Shown here one piece after another: positions 11,148-23,867 of a stretch of 49,828 bases of DNA. The stretch's first letter is position 1. Every line of letters starts with the position of its first letter. The stretch is from assembly GCA_905331295.1 (NCBI GenBank), contig CAJNYD010000008.1, positions 62,001-111,828 on the forward strand, in the 5' to 3' direction. The translations under genes and the position numbers were made by a program. Under the pieces are notes generated by a model that was not told the DNA's origin, ran no database searches, and saw only the letters and a program-made list of their open reading frames with translations. The stretch comes from Rotaria socialis. Its lineage: Eukaryota.

Positions 11148-13334
11148 AGATGCCTATAGTTTGACTTCGAATATAAATTGACAACTATTCACAATTCGAA
11201 AAAAAATGAAAAAAAAATCGCGACCATTTAAAAACCATTCCAAAGCAAAAGCAAAAGATATCATCTAACTCGCAGTGCATTTTAAATTTAGGAATAGATT
11301 TAGATTTTCTTTTTATAAATTGCAAAAATTTATAAATTAGTGGAATCGTTAGTGAGCTTTTTTAACGGCGTATTGGGATACGTATTTTATGTTTAGTCGG
11401 AATCCGAATATGGGCATGCAAGTTGAGTGTCAATGTCTCTGTAATTTATCTTGTATTCGATATCGGATATATTAGCTCAGTTACGGTTTGTTGTTAATGT
11501 GAAAGTGTACCTTTTTCCGTATGTTAGCTGCATGATGTTAATGCATTTCTGTATTGTGCTTTTCTAGCTTCGTGTTCTCAAAAAATCGTGTACGTAGATA
11601 TTTTCTGTTTGTCACCGTCAATGCTGTGCTCGTGACGTTTCGAGGCTTTTTTCACCTGTGGTATGAGTAAGAGCTATCAGTTCAATTCGTGAGTTGCTTT
11701 ATTACTATTTACAAAAGCGCCCCTGTTTTTCGAGTCCTTTGTTATAGCATACCCAGGCCCATCTTTCAGACCGCCTGAAAGATGGCATTGAACTGCCTGA
11801 AATGGTCAAGAAACGGCGTAATTAATGCCCTAAAAGATGAAAGACGGCCGCCGCTTTTAGCAGTTTTCCGTCAGCTCAGATTACGGGCCGTTTTTTCCGG
11901 AACGTTAACGGTGTCGTTCAAGGCTGTTTCCGACGAAAAAAGGTAAGTAATAAGAGTACCCCATTTTCGTCCATTCTGACGTGATCACGCCGTTTTTCAC
12001 GGTTTTACATGCGACTTATTCTGATCATGAACGGCGGCGGAACAATTTCAATTTAGGAAAGGTTCAAAATTTTTTTTCAGAGGATGAGGATGATGAGAGG
12101 TGAAATTAAAAACAAAACAAATCTGGCACTAATAGGTGGTCTGGTAATAATTTACCTCTGATTCTACTTTCTTCAAAACTTGTAAAATAATGAAAAATAT
12201 TACTGTAATATTTATTTTTCAGAAAAGGATCAATAAGAACGCAAAAATAATAAAACGAATTTCAGGAGAGTAGAGCAAACAAACACAAAGATAAAAAACA
12301 TTTTCTACTGATCCCTCTAACATACATTTAAAAAATTCATGCTATACTTGTCACCAATCAAGATTCTGCGTCGTATTTGCCTTTTGTTATCGTTTTTTTT
12401 ATAATTTTGTTAATCTCCATGAGCAATAGACTAAGTATTAAAGAACAATTCATCGAAATTTTTGCCAATCTTGCCTACACTAAAGATGAGATCTACAACT
12501 CTTTTTTTCAAATTAAATGAGCCTCCCCAAGCCTAATGGGTCCGCCGTCTATGCTGGTCATTTATACTTTTTAAACATTTTAATTGAATAATATTATATA
12601 TTTATTTTCAAAAGGAAAGGCTACACACAAAATAGCATGAAATAAAACAAAAACCCATCGGAAAAAAATTAAAAGCGCTAATATAATCTAAAAATTAAAA
12701 AATTTAAATAAAATAAACAAAATTTAAATTTAACAAATACAAGAATCTAAAATATAAGATAAGAGGAAATGAATAATATACAATAAAAATTAAAATTAAA
12801 AAATATAAGAAAAGAAAATGAAATAAAATAAGTTGAACGAGTGTCTAAGTAGTTATCTATTTTACCCATATTTATATCTCGAAATAAAACAAATACAAAA
12901 CGGTAAAAAAAGTTCGCCTTAGAAGGTAGCCGTTTCCGACAACACGGAAGCCGCCACCTAAAAGGCCACCGTTTTTAGCCGTTTACGGGCCGCTCTATTT
13001 GACATGTGTAGTCAAACTTCTGTAATCGCCGTTGTTTATTTGAAGATGGAATAATTGTTTTTGGTGTAAATTAGAGAGATGTTATATTCATATTTTCCTG
13101 TTTGGTATCGTTCGTAGTATTCAATTTTATTTCTTTATGTATATTGCTAGCTTATTCTGAAAGTTTGGTGTGGATGTGGGTGTGAGAAAAGACGGATATA
13201 CACGTATACACATACACACAAGTCTATTTATAAATTTTATAATTTATAAAAACTAAATCTTTTTCTGGCAGTGGCGTGAAAACATAAAAGTGGTTCTTTT
13301 TTTGCATTTATATTCGAAGTCGAATTAGGCAGCT
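11148..13334. mobile_element. Old TIR element with long degenerate inverted ends
   Basis: Left gcctatagtttgacttcgaatataaat matches the right-end reverse complement gcctaattcgacttcgaatataaat. A second inverted match lies at ~11297-11340 vs ~13222-13260. Confidence 0.55.
11752..13008. mobile_element. CCCAGG-type element with ACGG/CCGT subterminal arrays, nested in 11148-13334
   Basis: ta|cccagg start and degenerate end gacatgtg|ta, with acgg/ccgt-rich ends and an AT-rich core. Confidence 0.5.
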
Positions 13335-13702
13335 ACTTAGTATTTATATCCTATTTATGGCAGCGATAAAATAGATAGCTAGCGTGAACTGATGAAAAGA
13401 TATTTGCATTTCAGTACAAAATGAATTTTGCTCATAGCTCAAACTTTATATTATACTTATGGTTTCGTAATAAATAAATCTTTTCGGCTTCCAGAAGAGG
13501 TTATTGTGTGGTAGTTCACATGTGTCGCTTTCTCTTCTCAACAAAATAGGCTCTTCGTGACATGTCGAAATGAACATTGATAAATCTTTGACACTTAGAC
13601 ACACTACTATTACGTTGTTATGCTAAGTGTAGGATTTATTTTGAAAAAGAACAGCGTATGTTGAATAGACACTGTCTCGTAGTATAGAAAAATACAGCAT
13701 TA

Positions 13703-14012
13703 CCCCGGTCGAAGAAAACGATCAGTAAACGGTCGTATACAATACAAATACGGCCTGTTTTACGTGCCGTATTTTCCCCGTATAACAGGGGCAGTAATAC
13801 GGCCGTATGTTCTATAGAATACGATAATGTTACGCCTGCTTTACGAGGTTTTACGGCTGATATACGGTGTCCATGTACGGCCGTAATACTGCCCCTGTTA
13901 AAACGCCTTAATACGGCTTAATACGGCCGTATTACGGCGGAGTACGATGCAAAAACGACCGTTGACGGTAATATTACGCCGGTTTACGGTGGTTCGTTTT
14001 GATCGACCTGGG
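13703..14012. mobile_element. MITE with TA flanks and TACGG/CCGTA arrays
   Basis: TIR ccccggtcgaagaaaacgatc vs reverse complement cccaggtcgatcaaaacgaac, with TA on both sides. Confidence 0.75.
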
Positions 14013-15317
14013 TATATGGCACTTGCCATGAACATATCATTTATTTCGACTGCTACGTGAAAAAATGTTAGTTTAACAGCATCTATCATTAAGTACGCTA
14101 TTACTACATGTAATGAGGTCTGCTATGTTTTTTATGCTCTAATTGTGCACGTTGGCGTATTTTGAGTTGGTTGATAAACATTTATATATGAACCAAATAT
14201 AAATTGTATGGCTATTGAGATCTTACGAAACCAACGAAAAACGAATTGAAACTTTCAAAAGTCCTTGAAAGAAATTTATATTAGTTCTACCATCGAAAAT
14301 AATATCTTACGACTTGATTAATATTTAGTTCTTTCGAGAAACGAAATGATTTGGTTGATATCCATCTGCAATTGAAATTTTAGACTTCACGAGTCACTCC
14401 TTATTGAATGATCATCATCATTATCTTTCGATTTTGCATATATGAAACATCAGTCATATTTTCGATATTCGAATTGTTTATCTCGGCGAATTTGCCATCT
14501 GGTAGAAACATATTTAGTAAATGAATCAGTCATTGACAAACCATTCTAAGATTTACTAATGTGAAAGATTCAAGTTGATAAGTAAATTTTTTTACAGGAA
14601 GATCATCTGAAGATTTTTGTTTCAATTGATTATTTGTCACAGAAATATACTTTAATCTTTTTAGGCGCGCAGAATAATTATTGACGGATATCTCAATGAA
14701 TCCAATACAGAAAGAAGGCGAAGACAATATCATATTGTGATAGGTGATGAAATTAAAATAGTCAGCGTTGGCGTTGCTAGTCAATTATATCCTTCAAGGT
14801 TGCATTCATCTGTGAGAAAAATGCAACCGAAAAAGAAAGTACAACGAATAGTATACAAACAAACCATTTTTCAAGCAATATTCATTTAGGGAAAAAAACG
14901 CCGTATGAAACAATTAGAGACGAGGTAATGACTATTATCAATTGGTATTGGTAGGCAGCTGTATGAATGCATTTTTTGGTCAGAGCAAATAAAAGAATGG
15001 AATATTTGTCTGCCTGAAACTCTTGATACATTTCGATTACAGATTTTTTTTCACGATCAGTTACTATTTGTAGAGTGAACGCAATGTGCATCGTATAATG
15101 GACAGGTTTGGTAAAACACGCTGACTATGTGCACTATGTAGAGCATTAAATGATCTAGTTATATCTGTTTGAAAAATACAATTCTATCTTCCTATCTAAT
15201 ACATTCTCATAGTGCATCATTTTGTTTGATTGAGATTCAATTGTCAAACATATTCTATTGTTTTGAATTGAAACGAGCATCATTCGTAGATCATTTATTG
15301 TATTTAGGACAAATCTC

Positions 15318-15939
15318 TTGAAACTACGACGATACCGATATGGTTACTTCTAGCCGTTGTATGCATGACCATCGGGCAGTTGATTCATTCGTGCTTGCTA
15401 GATACTCGACGTATTCGACCTCACCCGTTACTTGTGAAGAAAGCATCAACTCCTGGAGCATGACTTTATTGGGATCCACAGCTAAGATCGATAGCCAACG
15501 ATGATACTGTTCAACGTCGGAGTGAAAAAGATTCTTACGAGAAAACGTTGTGCAACTCACAAATGAAGCACGTAAAAAAGGTCGCTACTGCTGTGGTACA
15601 TGGTATCCAGCCGCAGGTACACTCAAATGAAACGACAAACTGACTGATGCTGCACGTGAACATGCCAATGATATGCATGATAAGGATTACTTCTCTCGTG
15701 ATAGTGAAGATGAACGAAGTCCTTGGGGTCGAATGGAAGCAGCAGGCTACCCGGTCAATTGCGCTGCTGGCAAAAATATTGCTGGTAACTCGACTCCTGA
15801 AAATACAGTTGCTGCCTGACTCAAAAGTGCAGGTCACTGTGTCAACATTATGAATAGTGGGTTTAAAGCACTTGGTGTAGGATATGCTGAAGGTGGTCCA
15901 TATTCAGGTTATTATGTTCAAAATTTTCATCGATGTTGA
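15318..15939 (+). pseudogene. Intronless bacterial-type CAP/SCP domain secreted protein pseudogene
   Basis: Signal-like N-terminus, then LTNEARKKGRYC..WYPAAGTLK*NDKLTDAAREHANDM..YFS..GKNIAG..AA*LKSAGHCVNIMN..LGVGY..YVQNF. It has three TGA stops and a frameshift near 15543. Confidence 0.85.
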
Positions 15940-16304
15940 ACAGTGTGACTTTTGTGTATCACTGTCTTACACTTTCTATCTGCTTTTTATATCTCTAGCT
16001 TTACTGATATTTACTCACCATATTTCAGTTTAGTAATTAAAATCACTTCACTAACTTTGACTATCTATATTATTGCATAAATTAATCCCCGAAGCTATTC
16101 TCTACTATTTTGTGTCAAAGATAATCGCAAATAAAACGTATGCATATATTTACTTCCGACTGATAATGTGTACTGTTCCTTTTAATCGAGAATGAAATTT
16201 AAAACGTTGTGTTTCATGAATGATCTCGAGTTTATTTCGAATTAAAACGTTAAGGATTCTATTTCACAAAACGAGACAAAATTAAAGAATTCGTTTTTCA
16301 TGAT

Positions 16305-17702
16305 TTATTTTGGTCGAAGTTGCTCATTAACGCATGTATACATCGATTCTTTGTAGCATGCATGTGGATTCGAGCCACAAGCTCTTTCACCTATAGAACA
16401 AAGACGACCATTATCACACCAATAAGCATTGGTATCAAATGATTGACCATTGCATGAATTTCCCGATGATGATTGTGTTGTTGTTGGGTTAGGTGGGTTA
16501 ACTATTGGAGTACCAGATGGACAAAGAATAATTTCATAGTTTGCTTTGTGGCATTGATAAGTACCTTGAAAATAAATTCAACAGAAAATCTAATCGACAG
16601 TATCCGTTATTTTTATTCTCACTAGCAAAATCATCGAATTGCCATGAATAAGCATCTGGACATTGCGATTTGAACACTTCATCATATCGTGTATTTTGAG
16701 TAGAACGTGGCCACTGCTCAACATAACATTTTCGACCTGGTGTTACATTATCATGAGGAGATACCTTTCATCGTGCACAAACAAATCAACATATTGCTAT
16801 AATTATTTATCAATAAAATGTATCTTACGCAATAATTTCCATCGCATGAACAACAAACAAGTGAACGTGTATCTGGATTATTATAAATGTTCTGAAGATG
16901 CGCATGTCTGGCTCGTTGTTGAGCATTATGAATAGCAGCACAAATACTTGCACAAACTACATGACCATTGCCATCATCCATTTGTAATTCAGGTGGACAT
17001 CTATTTGCATCAAACACACATGAAGCCTAAAATCGACATATAGGCTTTGAATTCGTATTTCGAGCTACAATAAAAATGCAAGTTTTATCCAATGTCTACA
17101 TACCGTTCCACAATTGTATTTTCCCAACGATGGATTATTAACCATTGTATATTGACCAGGAATCGGTCTAATCGTCATACCAATTGAATGACCATCAACA
17201 TTGGATAGATCATAATAATCTGATCCTCCCCATCCATCTAATGTGAATTCAGCTATAGTAGCTGGTGGTTGACCTCCAATACCGTTACATTGTACACCAA
17301 ATCCATTTAATGGTGCTCCACAATCGCCTAGTCAATGAAAGATCAACATTCAAGATAGTTACTTTTTAAAAGTATCAGTTACCTGTAGCACATGTGAGTT
17401 TACCATTCACTGATCGACATCCGGTTCGAGGCCAGATTCGTCCACTTACCTATTGAGTTTAAATCAATAGACTTTAAAGTAAAAGTAAAGTGAATATGAA
17501 ATAAACAAACCCATCCATCTGGAATACTGAGATCAGCTACTGAACGAGAATTGACTTCAAAACCACCACCATATACCAATGGTTGACCTTGTATACCGAA
17601 CCATAATTTTTGGTCACAGTTATTTATTACGCGAAATATACGTGCTGACCATACTGTGGAAACAGCACATAGAAAAATAATACTGAATGAAGTTAGTGAC
17701 AT
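16305..17702 (-). CDS. Secreted thaumatin-like protein with C-terminal CBM52-like Cys-rich module (multi-exon)
   Basis: Signal peptide, then W|VSGRIWPRTGC, CATG|DCG, PPATIAEFTL, DYYDLSNVDG, FKSQCPDAYSWQFDD, YEIILCP. After a P/T/S linker comes CNGQSFDTNAYWCDNGRLC..ACG..ACYKESMYTCVNEQL. Confidence 0.9.
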
Positions 17703-19181
17703 GTCAAATGCGTGTAAATTTTATTTTTTTACTGCGCTTATGTATACGCATATATACTCAATAGAAGAAAGTGATATAACAGAAACAAAATAAAATATTA
17801 ATCAGTTCTATTTTGCCAATCAATTAAGTACAAAAGGGATCAACGAAGGATCATTTACATATTTTCTTCAGGTATAGAAAAAAAAGAGACGACTACGGAA
17901 GGCAAAAATAAAGAGGCTTGGCACTGGTGCAGAACTACATACATTTGTCAATTCATTAGTTTTTTTGCTGATCTTTTCAAGTAAATTTAATCCTATTCAG
18001 GTGCAAGAGAAAAATGACAATCCAAAAATATATACCATATATATAAAATATTGCGAAGAAGTTGCTTAGGTGATGTTAGGTTATATTTTTGTGGCATAGT
18101 GGTAAGATCCTAACGAATGAGATTCTCACTATTTTTCTTCTATGTTCATTAATTTTAGTTCTTTCTCGAAAGATTCAGCATTGAGTTCTCCACAAAAAAA
18201 AGACATCCGATTGGACACCATATGAGTTTTCTATTTTGATAGTTTCATACCAAATTTTATTTTAAAAAAATATTCAGCGTTTCATTCGATATAAAACTGA
18301 GGATAATGCATACCATATAAAATGACAAGCAAACAAAACATTTAATCTATCAATACGACAAAAATGAAGCTTAGCGAAATGTCTAATACACAGCACAGGG
18401 ATTCTATATTTATTTGAAACTATTCACATAAATGTTAAGAACGGTACCACCTATGTTGTAGAACTTTAATAATTGTAGTATTTCAACAGTAGCTTTCTTT
18501 TTGCTTTGTTCCGTAACGTCTATTTGCAAATGACTTTTTCTTTATGGAATTGAAATGTTGAATCTTTCAAAAATAAAATAACTGAAAAGAAAAGAAATGA
18601 AATGAAATAATGAAAATAATAGAAAAATGATTTTCAATGTTTGAGATTGTTTCGAATGTGATATTTGGAAAGGTAATTAATAAAAACTTCTGTCTTCAAG
18701 ATGCTTGAGTTATACCAATAGAGTTCGTGCTCGGCCCTCTCCAGTTATTTGGATGGTATTCGTTTAGAATCATTCTAAAAACAATACGACTTGTCGCTAA
18801 CTCGTTTTTTCTGCCTTATGCAGTATATTTCAGCAATTACATATTCCTATAAACATATTCAAAATGAGTCACTATCAAATTTCAAATCAGTGAGACTACC
18901 CATGTGATTCAAACCGGAAAAGGTTGGCGGGCATACCGACGGTTCACCATTCGGTATAATGTGCGCTCTAAAGCCGGTTTTTCATGAAAGTGAGACATCT
19001 TTTTGTATAGTATAGAAACGACTGAATATTTTTTAAGTCTGTTAATACCGGCAGAATCGTGTTGAATTTGATGCACTATGATAGAGTCGATGTGCCCGAG
19101 TCGCCTGTAGTAACCACAGATCTCAAGTCAGTCCCATTTATGAGATATATATATTTTATTAAAGATAGTGCAAAAATAATA

Positions 19182-19660
19182 CACTAGTCGACAATCTTGA
19201 CTTCGATCTGTCCAGATTCTTGTAGACAGATTCTTGGCTGGCGAAGCAAGAATCATATCGTCAGGCAAGATTCTTTTCTTTTTCTTGCCCAAGAATCTTG
19301 GCTGATCTCGCAAGAATTCTGAATATCTTGTGTTTCTTGCTACATTCTTTATTTTCTTGGAGATCAGATAAGGTTCTTCTTTCTTTCCTTTGGCAAGAAT
19401 CTGGTCTGACATTTAAGAATATATTCCTGGAATTCAGGCCAGATTCTTGTGGAAGGAAGAAAGAAGAACCTTATCTGATCTCCAAGAAAATAAAGAATAT
19501 GGCAAGAAACACAAGATATTCAGAATTCTTGCGGGATCAGCCAAGATTCTTGGGCAAGAAAAAGAAAAGAATCTTGCCTGACGATATGATTCTTGCATCG
19601 CCAGCCAAGAATCTGTCTACAAGAATCTGGACAGATCGAAGTCAAGATCGTCGACTAGTG
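19182..19660. mobile_element. Foldback/palindromic MITE with CACTAG termini and TA flanks
   Basis: ~228-bp near-perfect inverted arms, a ~24-nt spacer, ta|CACTAGTCGA...TCGACTAGTG|ta ends and repeated CAAGAAT/ATTCTTG. Confidence 0.9.
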
Positions 19661-19805
19661 TAATTCGCAAAATATATTCTAAAATAGTTTTGTTTTCGAT
19701 TAATTCGAATTCTTTTCCCGTAATAAATAGGGATTTGACAAAAACGGTTTCTGAAAGCCTTTTTAGCTGGGACCGCAGCTTATAAGCGTTACCACCGGTA
19801 CACAG

Positions 19806-20149
19806 CCCAAGACTAACAATTCGATAGCTGGATCCAATTGGATTCGATCGGTTGCTGCCAGATTTCAAGTAAATCCGGGTTGTGGACCCACTCACGGATC
19901 CCTAGTGTTGGAATTCGATCGATTCTTGCAGGAACTAGTCAAAACTCGATAGGCTTCTTTAGGACCTCGTTGGAATCCGACCCCTGAAATTCCTATCGAA
20001 TTCGGCTGCTGGATTTGGTCAGATTTTCACTGGATTCCAACACTAGGGATCCATTAGTAGTTTCTCAACCCGAAGTCGCATGGGACTTTGTCGGCTAGTC
20101 GAGTTTTATAAGATCCGATCGAATTCGGTATCGGAATCACTCCCCTGGG
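19806..20149. mobile_element. GAATC/GGATC-rich CCCAG-family element
   Basis: cccaag start and cctggg end. It shares tggatccaat.gg.ttcgat and ataagatccg with 3046-3412. Confidence 0.6.
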
Positions 20150-20439
20150 CGGCGGTAGTGACAAAAAATGTGCTACATGAGTATTGATCATCGTTTACAA
20201 TATTCTGAGCTATAAAACGACTATCTTTTGTTGATTATAATTGTAAACTGTATCACTCCTGTTTCGTCATTGTTGAATTGTTAAAACAAAATTCATTGCC
20301 ACACAGTGTTAGAGTTCTATACTGGTTAACCAAAACGAATCATTAGTTCAATATACATTACGAATAATCTTCATTCGAATCGAGCAGATTTACAAGCACA
20401 CTATGATCAGAATATTCTTTAGGATGCATTTTCCCATTA

Positions 20440-20644
20440 CCCATGACGAAGGTGAGCATTCAGATCGCCTTAATACTGACAGAATTCGATCGGAGTAACT
20501 GGGAATCCAGTGACCCGGATTCCGATATAAAATCTGACTGAATCTGACTAAGTTTTCACCAAATCCTATCAGTTCTCGTCGAATTCCGATCAAACCCGAT
20601 TAAATGCGGATTGAATCTCGGGTCACTGGATTTCTTGACCTGGG
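20440..20644. mobile_element. GAATC/GATTC-rich CCCAG-family element
   Basis: ta|cccatg start, ttgacctggg end and gaatc/gattc arrays. Confidence 0.55.
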
Positions 20645-21307
20645 ATCTCAATGAACGTACCTGAACAGATAGGATTGCTTAGAGAACTTAATATCCCTCT
20701 GAGCGCTTTTATGTTCATTCAGAAAATATAAAAACAATCACTAGTTCTTTATTTTAAATTGCGTGAAGACGATATAACCAGAGAAATATTTTTATGTTGA
20801 AAACATGCGAATACTCACAATATTTTGACATGAATATGACTTTATAATGAGCATGTTTATGAATAGAATATTTAGAGAAAATATCTTCAACATAGCCTTT
20901 CTCTACATGATTTGCCTAATATAGAATAATCAGCGCTCATTATTACGGATTCAACAAGATTCATCTACAGTTTTCGAAATTTTGAATTTTGTTTTAGTGA
21001 AGCTGTGTACTCAAAAATAACTTATTCTTACACTGGCACACACATTGATTCGATACATAGCGCCCTCTTTCGTAAAACGTTGACTTCCTATTAGTCTAGA
21101 CAATGTTCTATTCTTATTCGTCTGAATATACGAACAGGCAAACATAACATACACATTATTTATTACTTACGTATTGGAAGAAATGTTGTGTGATAAAAAC
21201 CTTTCTTTCAGAATAGGGGAAAATGCAGAAGTCACTTTATTGTTTACATTCACGAACAAACTGTAAACCATCGTTACTATTGTATTTTTGTAGATAACAG
21301 TATTTCC

Positions 21308-23658
21308 ATGCCTAAACCAAGTCGATCAGCCTTTTATTTTTATGCTCTTGATTATCAACGTCGTATCCAGCGTGGTAATGGTCAACGATTGAGTATCAAT
21401 GAAGCAATAACCGCATGTTATGATGATTGGAAACTATTGTCTGAAGAAGAAAAGGCACCGTTTAAGATATTATATGAAGATTGGCGTATTCATTATCGCT
21501 CTGATCCTGAATCGGCTGTTAGTTCTAGTCAACGTTATTTACAAGCAAAAAAGGCTATCAAACAAGAAATAAAAACTGAAAGAATTCTCAGTGAACGTGA
21601 TATTCCATGTGAAGAATTAAAAATTCATTATGATCGTTTCAGTTTTGAAAGAGATTATTTAGCATTTCAATATTTACCATTAGATATCAATGAATTATTA
21701 ACAATGCCAATTTATATAATTAATTTTCAAACGTTTTGTAAAGTTGATGAAGAAGACGGAGGGCAATATGTACCTGCAGAAATGTGTATTCTTCGTGTAA
21801 GAATTTTTGTCTTTTCGTTGGGTATTATTGTTTTCAGTCATCGTTTCTTTTGTTTTAGTATACATTAGCTGAAGGTCCAACAATACTTCGACAAGCATTT
21901 ATCAAACCAGATAAAATTCCAACTGGTTATATGTCGGCATGTTTAGAGCATTTGAAAGGAACCCATGAAATACCATTAAAAGATTTTGCTGAAGCAACAG
22001 ATAATTATACAATGCTTTATCAACAATTAAAATCAATCTTAATACCAAATGCGGTAACGAAACCAAGTAATTTATCTGAAGATGATCGTGTACGTCGACG
22101 ATATCTTCGTTCAATACAACCATGCATTTTTTTCCCGGCTGTGGAGTATGAACAAACAAGTAAATTATTTGATTGGTTACAAGAAAAAGCTGAAGGTTCG
22201 AAAAAAATGAATTTATCATGAGAATAAATATTCATTTTGGCTTTTTTCTGCAGGAATAAAACCAAATAAAGATACACGTCTTGTTAATTTTGCAAGTGTC
22301 GAATCATTAATTATGTTATTAGTTGAATTAAAAAAACAACGTATTTCACGAGATGATGTCAATAAAACGTTTGAAAATGCTGCCTACTCATTTATGATTG
22401 AAGAGCGTTGTAATTATCATTCACAATTAGGTATAAGTTACTGTTCAGTTGCACGATGTTATGCATCTGCTAAACTTATATCATCCTATTTAAATCAATT
22501 ATATGCACCGGAAAGACCAGCATCAACATTGATGACCGGAAAACGACCAGTAAGTTCATTTGCAATGAACTCAGATGCATCATCAATTGGCTCGATGCAT
22601 AATTTTTCTAATCGATTACAACAACAACAACAACAACAACAACCAGCAATACTAGTCAGGTAGCAAGACCTCAGATTTTTTCAGTTGATAGAATTTTGAT
22701 TGTGACGGAAGTAGATGAAATGCATTCATACAGGCAATGATATTCATAAGAATTTGTTACCAAGGAAGTCGTAGAATAGATTCTTTATAAACTCAAATGA
22801 GCTATGAATATCGCCACGGTCTCTTCAAGAAGATTCAGTACAGAGGTAAATCAAGATATCTGAAAATTTTTTGACTAATAACGGTTTAACTATGATATTC
22901 ATAGACTTGGCTTAAAAGTAATTGAAGAAATTTGACTCAAAGAGTCTTCGAGATAAGACCAACAGAAATATTAGCTTATCATAAGGAAAGATATTTCCCC
23001 AATAACTGTGTAGACGAGAAATAGAACAATAAGACCTTTCATAGAGTATTTATAACTGACTGGCAGAAAAAGAAATGATCGTTGGGCTGAACACTTTGAA
23101 TTATCTATGTTCATTTTGTTTCATTCAAGTTTTCAGAAAATGTTCTCCCCAATTAGCAAAAGATTTTCATCTTTTAGACCGCCAGTACGACCTCAAATAA
23201 TCTCAAGTCAATATTCTTCAACTGGTACAACTGATTCCATTGCTTCTTCGTATCGTCCAGTGGATCCAAAGAAACAACCAGCTCCATTACGATCACCAAC
23301 ATTTACTGACTCATCATCATCAGCTAAATTTTCCATTGAATCTCAACAGCAACAGGAAATTCAAGTACCCGATGAACTCATTCAACATCCAACTATAATG
23401 AAATTACAAAAACAAAATTTTCACCGTTTATTATCCAGCGCTACATCGACAACTTCGTCAATATCGACAGCTAAACAACGAGTTATACAAATAAATTTAG
23501 CTGGTAACAATAGCCGAACGACAGCAACAAATGTCGAAATGCAATCAACAGAACAGGCGTCAGATACTCAACGAGCTGTTTTACATCAACGTAAACAAGC
23601 ATTAATGAAAGCAATTCAAAGTATAAACAAACAAATGGAAGAGCTCGACATGCAGTGA
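21308..23658 (+). CDS. mael: Maelstrom homologue (HMG box + MAEL domain); exons ~21308-21796, 21859-22195, 22254-22654, 23137-23658
   Basis: HMG box (SAFYFYALD..WKLLSEEEKAPF), YVPAEM, IPTGY..HEIP and C-NYH..C (ECHC zinc motif). Introns are canonical. Confidence 0.85.
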
Positions 23659-23867
23659 TTAAAAAAAAATTGTTCAGATAGATTTTGTTATTTCTTTTTG
23701 TTTTTTGCTATTTTTGTGAACATAGTTTTGTGTTTTCTTTAGTATAACTTGTGTGTTTTTTGTGTTTGCAAGTCTTTCATCTCAGATGATATTAAGATAG
23801 TAAAATTGAACAAAGATGAAGTTAATATGAATAGAAGTATATCATTGCGTTGTTGTGCTTTTTTTAG

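Noticed and set aside
15628..15819. Alternative genetic code or readthrough keeping CAP functional
   Set aside because: A frameshift and a third stop remain, and neighbouring genes use TGA as stop.
15324..15853. ORFs 15324-15560(-), 15535-15837(-), 15647-15853(+)
   Set aside because: They are shadow frames of the CAP pseudogene.
19128..19663. Two opposite-strand ORFs with nearly identical peptides
   Set aside because: They are an artefact of the palindromic element and have no protein motifs.
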